Source: Nemertoderma westbladi (lineage: Eukaryota > Animalia > Xenacoelomorpha). Taken from it: a DNA stretch of 50,133 bases. The stretch is taken from the NCBI GenBank assembly GCA_032718475.1, contig JAUCBJ010000796.1, positions 1 to 50,133 on the forward strand. The letters are read 5' to 3'. The translations under genes and the position numbers were made by a program. The notes under the pieces are model-generated. The model had not been told where the DNA came from, searched no databases, and saw only the letters and a program-made list of their open reading frames with translations. This document shows positions 49,209-50,133 of this stretch, piece after piece. The stretch's first letter is position 1. The number at the start of each line of letters is the position of its first letter.

Positions 49209-50133
49209 AAGTTGACAAATATTTAATACCAATAAACACAACATTAGCAGAAGCCAGCCTAGTGCGCGTCCATTCACCCGCTGGATATACCCGGGAGACT
49301 GGATTCTGAGGGCTTAGATTATTATTGCAGTGTAAGCTTACTGTATTATTCGATTGATCGTTAATAAATAATTTCTGACTAATATTATTCACTTTCGGGT
49401 AAATATTAACAGTTCCTTTAGGACGTGGCGCTCTATCTAGGTAAACAGAGATATGACTTATACCAATCACAACGGCAAGTCGGTAAGGCTTATGATTCAC
49501 GTATGAGGCGCATTCTTTAGGAAATGCTTAGTTATCAATCACAATCAGGCACACTACCGGTAACACACAATACTGCTCACTAATTTGCCGACCGTCAATG
49601 AATTTTATCATATATAAAGAGAACAGCAACGGACTCATGTAGTGCTTATCAAATAGCATTAAATTCACTACAAACCACAATAATATAAGTCGCAATCGCT
49701 ATATATAACCCGTCTCTCTAACCTGTAGTGTATCAAGAAAATTAGGAAATTTGGGTTCTTTATAAATGTTCTCCAAATAATATTCAACCAAAACACAACA
49801 GTAAATAGCAGTATAATAATGTATGTTGAACCGATAATGTAAGACTGAATTGAGATAAGTTGATATGATAACAGTTATACGCTCTATAATTTAAGCCTAC
49901 TAATGTTTCTTCTAAAGTATGAAAACGAGTTGACTCTAGAGCCGGTGTTCCTGGCCTAGATACAAACAACACAACAGTATCACCAAAAAACAGTAAGACT
50001 GAACATTCTAGCATGATCTGCCAAAAAGCTCCACATCGACAGAAAAAATCGCTCTGATTGGCTGTTAAGCAAACAAAGAACCATGTGTCCAATGGCCGTT
50101 TCCATGTCAGCAACCAGCTGTTAGATGTCGTAA

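Noticed and set aside
50126-50133. TGTCGTAA at the window end (and TGTCGTAAAA at 48376) as the start of another BEL LTR
   Set aside because: Only 8-10 bp match; the 48376 copy diverges immediately and the terminal one cannot be extended.

Overview
This window is animal (probably invertebrate) nuclear DNA, not prokaryotic. Host genes, both on the minus strand: an intronless MITD1 (2884-3654) and a three-exon MANF/ARMET gene reconstructed by hand (exons 30918-30810, 30419-30295, 20214-19903; 181 aa ending KSEL). Most of the rest is transposable elements and satellites. A Mag-like Ty3/Gypsy element (4464-15936; 301-bp LTRs, CATAA TSD) has its gag split by a young BEL/Pao element (5960-12450; 339-bp LTRs identical by eye, GTATT TSD). 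Its RT/RNase H region is replaced in frame by a 12-bp (SDIT)n minisatellite, the most unusual observation here. Also present: a 5'-truncated RTE-like LINE with a 28-bp TSD and an in-frame RT deletion; a non-autonomous Kolobok element; a 577-bp foldback element; hAT-like and hairpin-type MITEs; decayed CR1/L2-like and KDZ-like remnants; and four large tandem arrays (20, 50, 34/37 and 36 bp units). The 50-bp array lies inside MANF intron 2 and the 20-bp array begins just past the MANF stop codon. The giant ORFs at 20515-29394 are satellite artefacts. There is no CRISPR array. All alignments and counts were done by eye, with no database searches.
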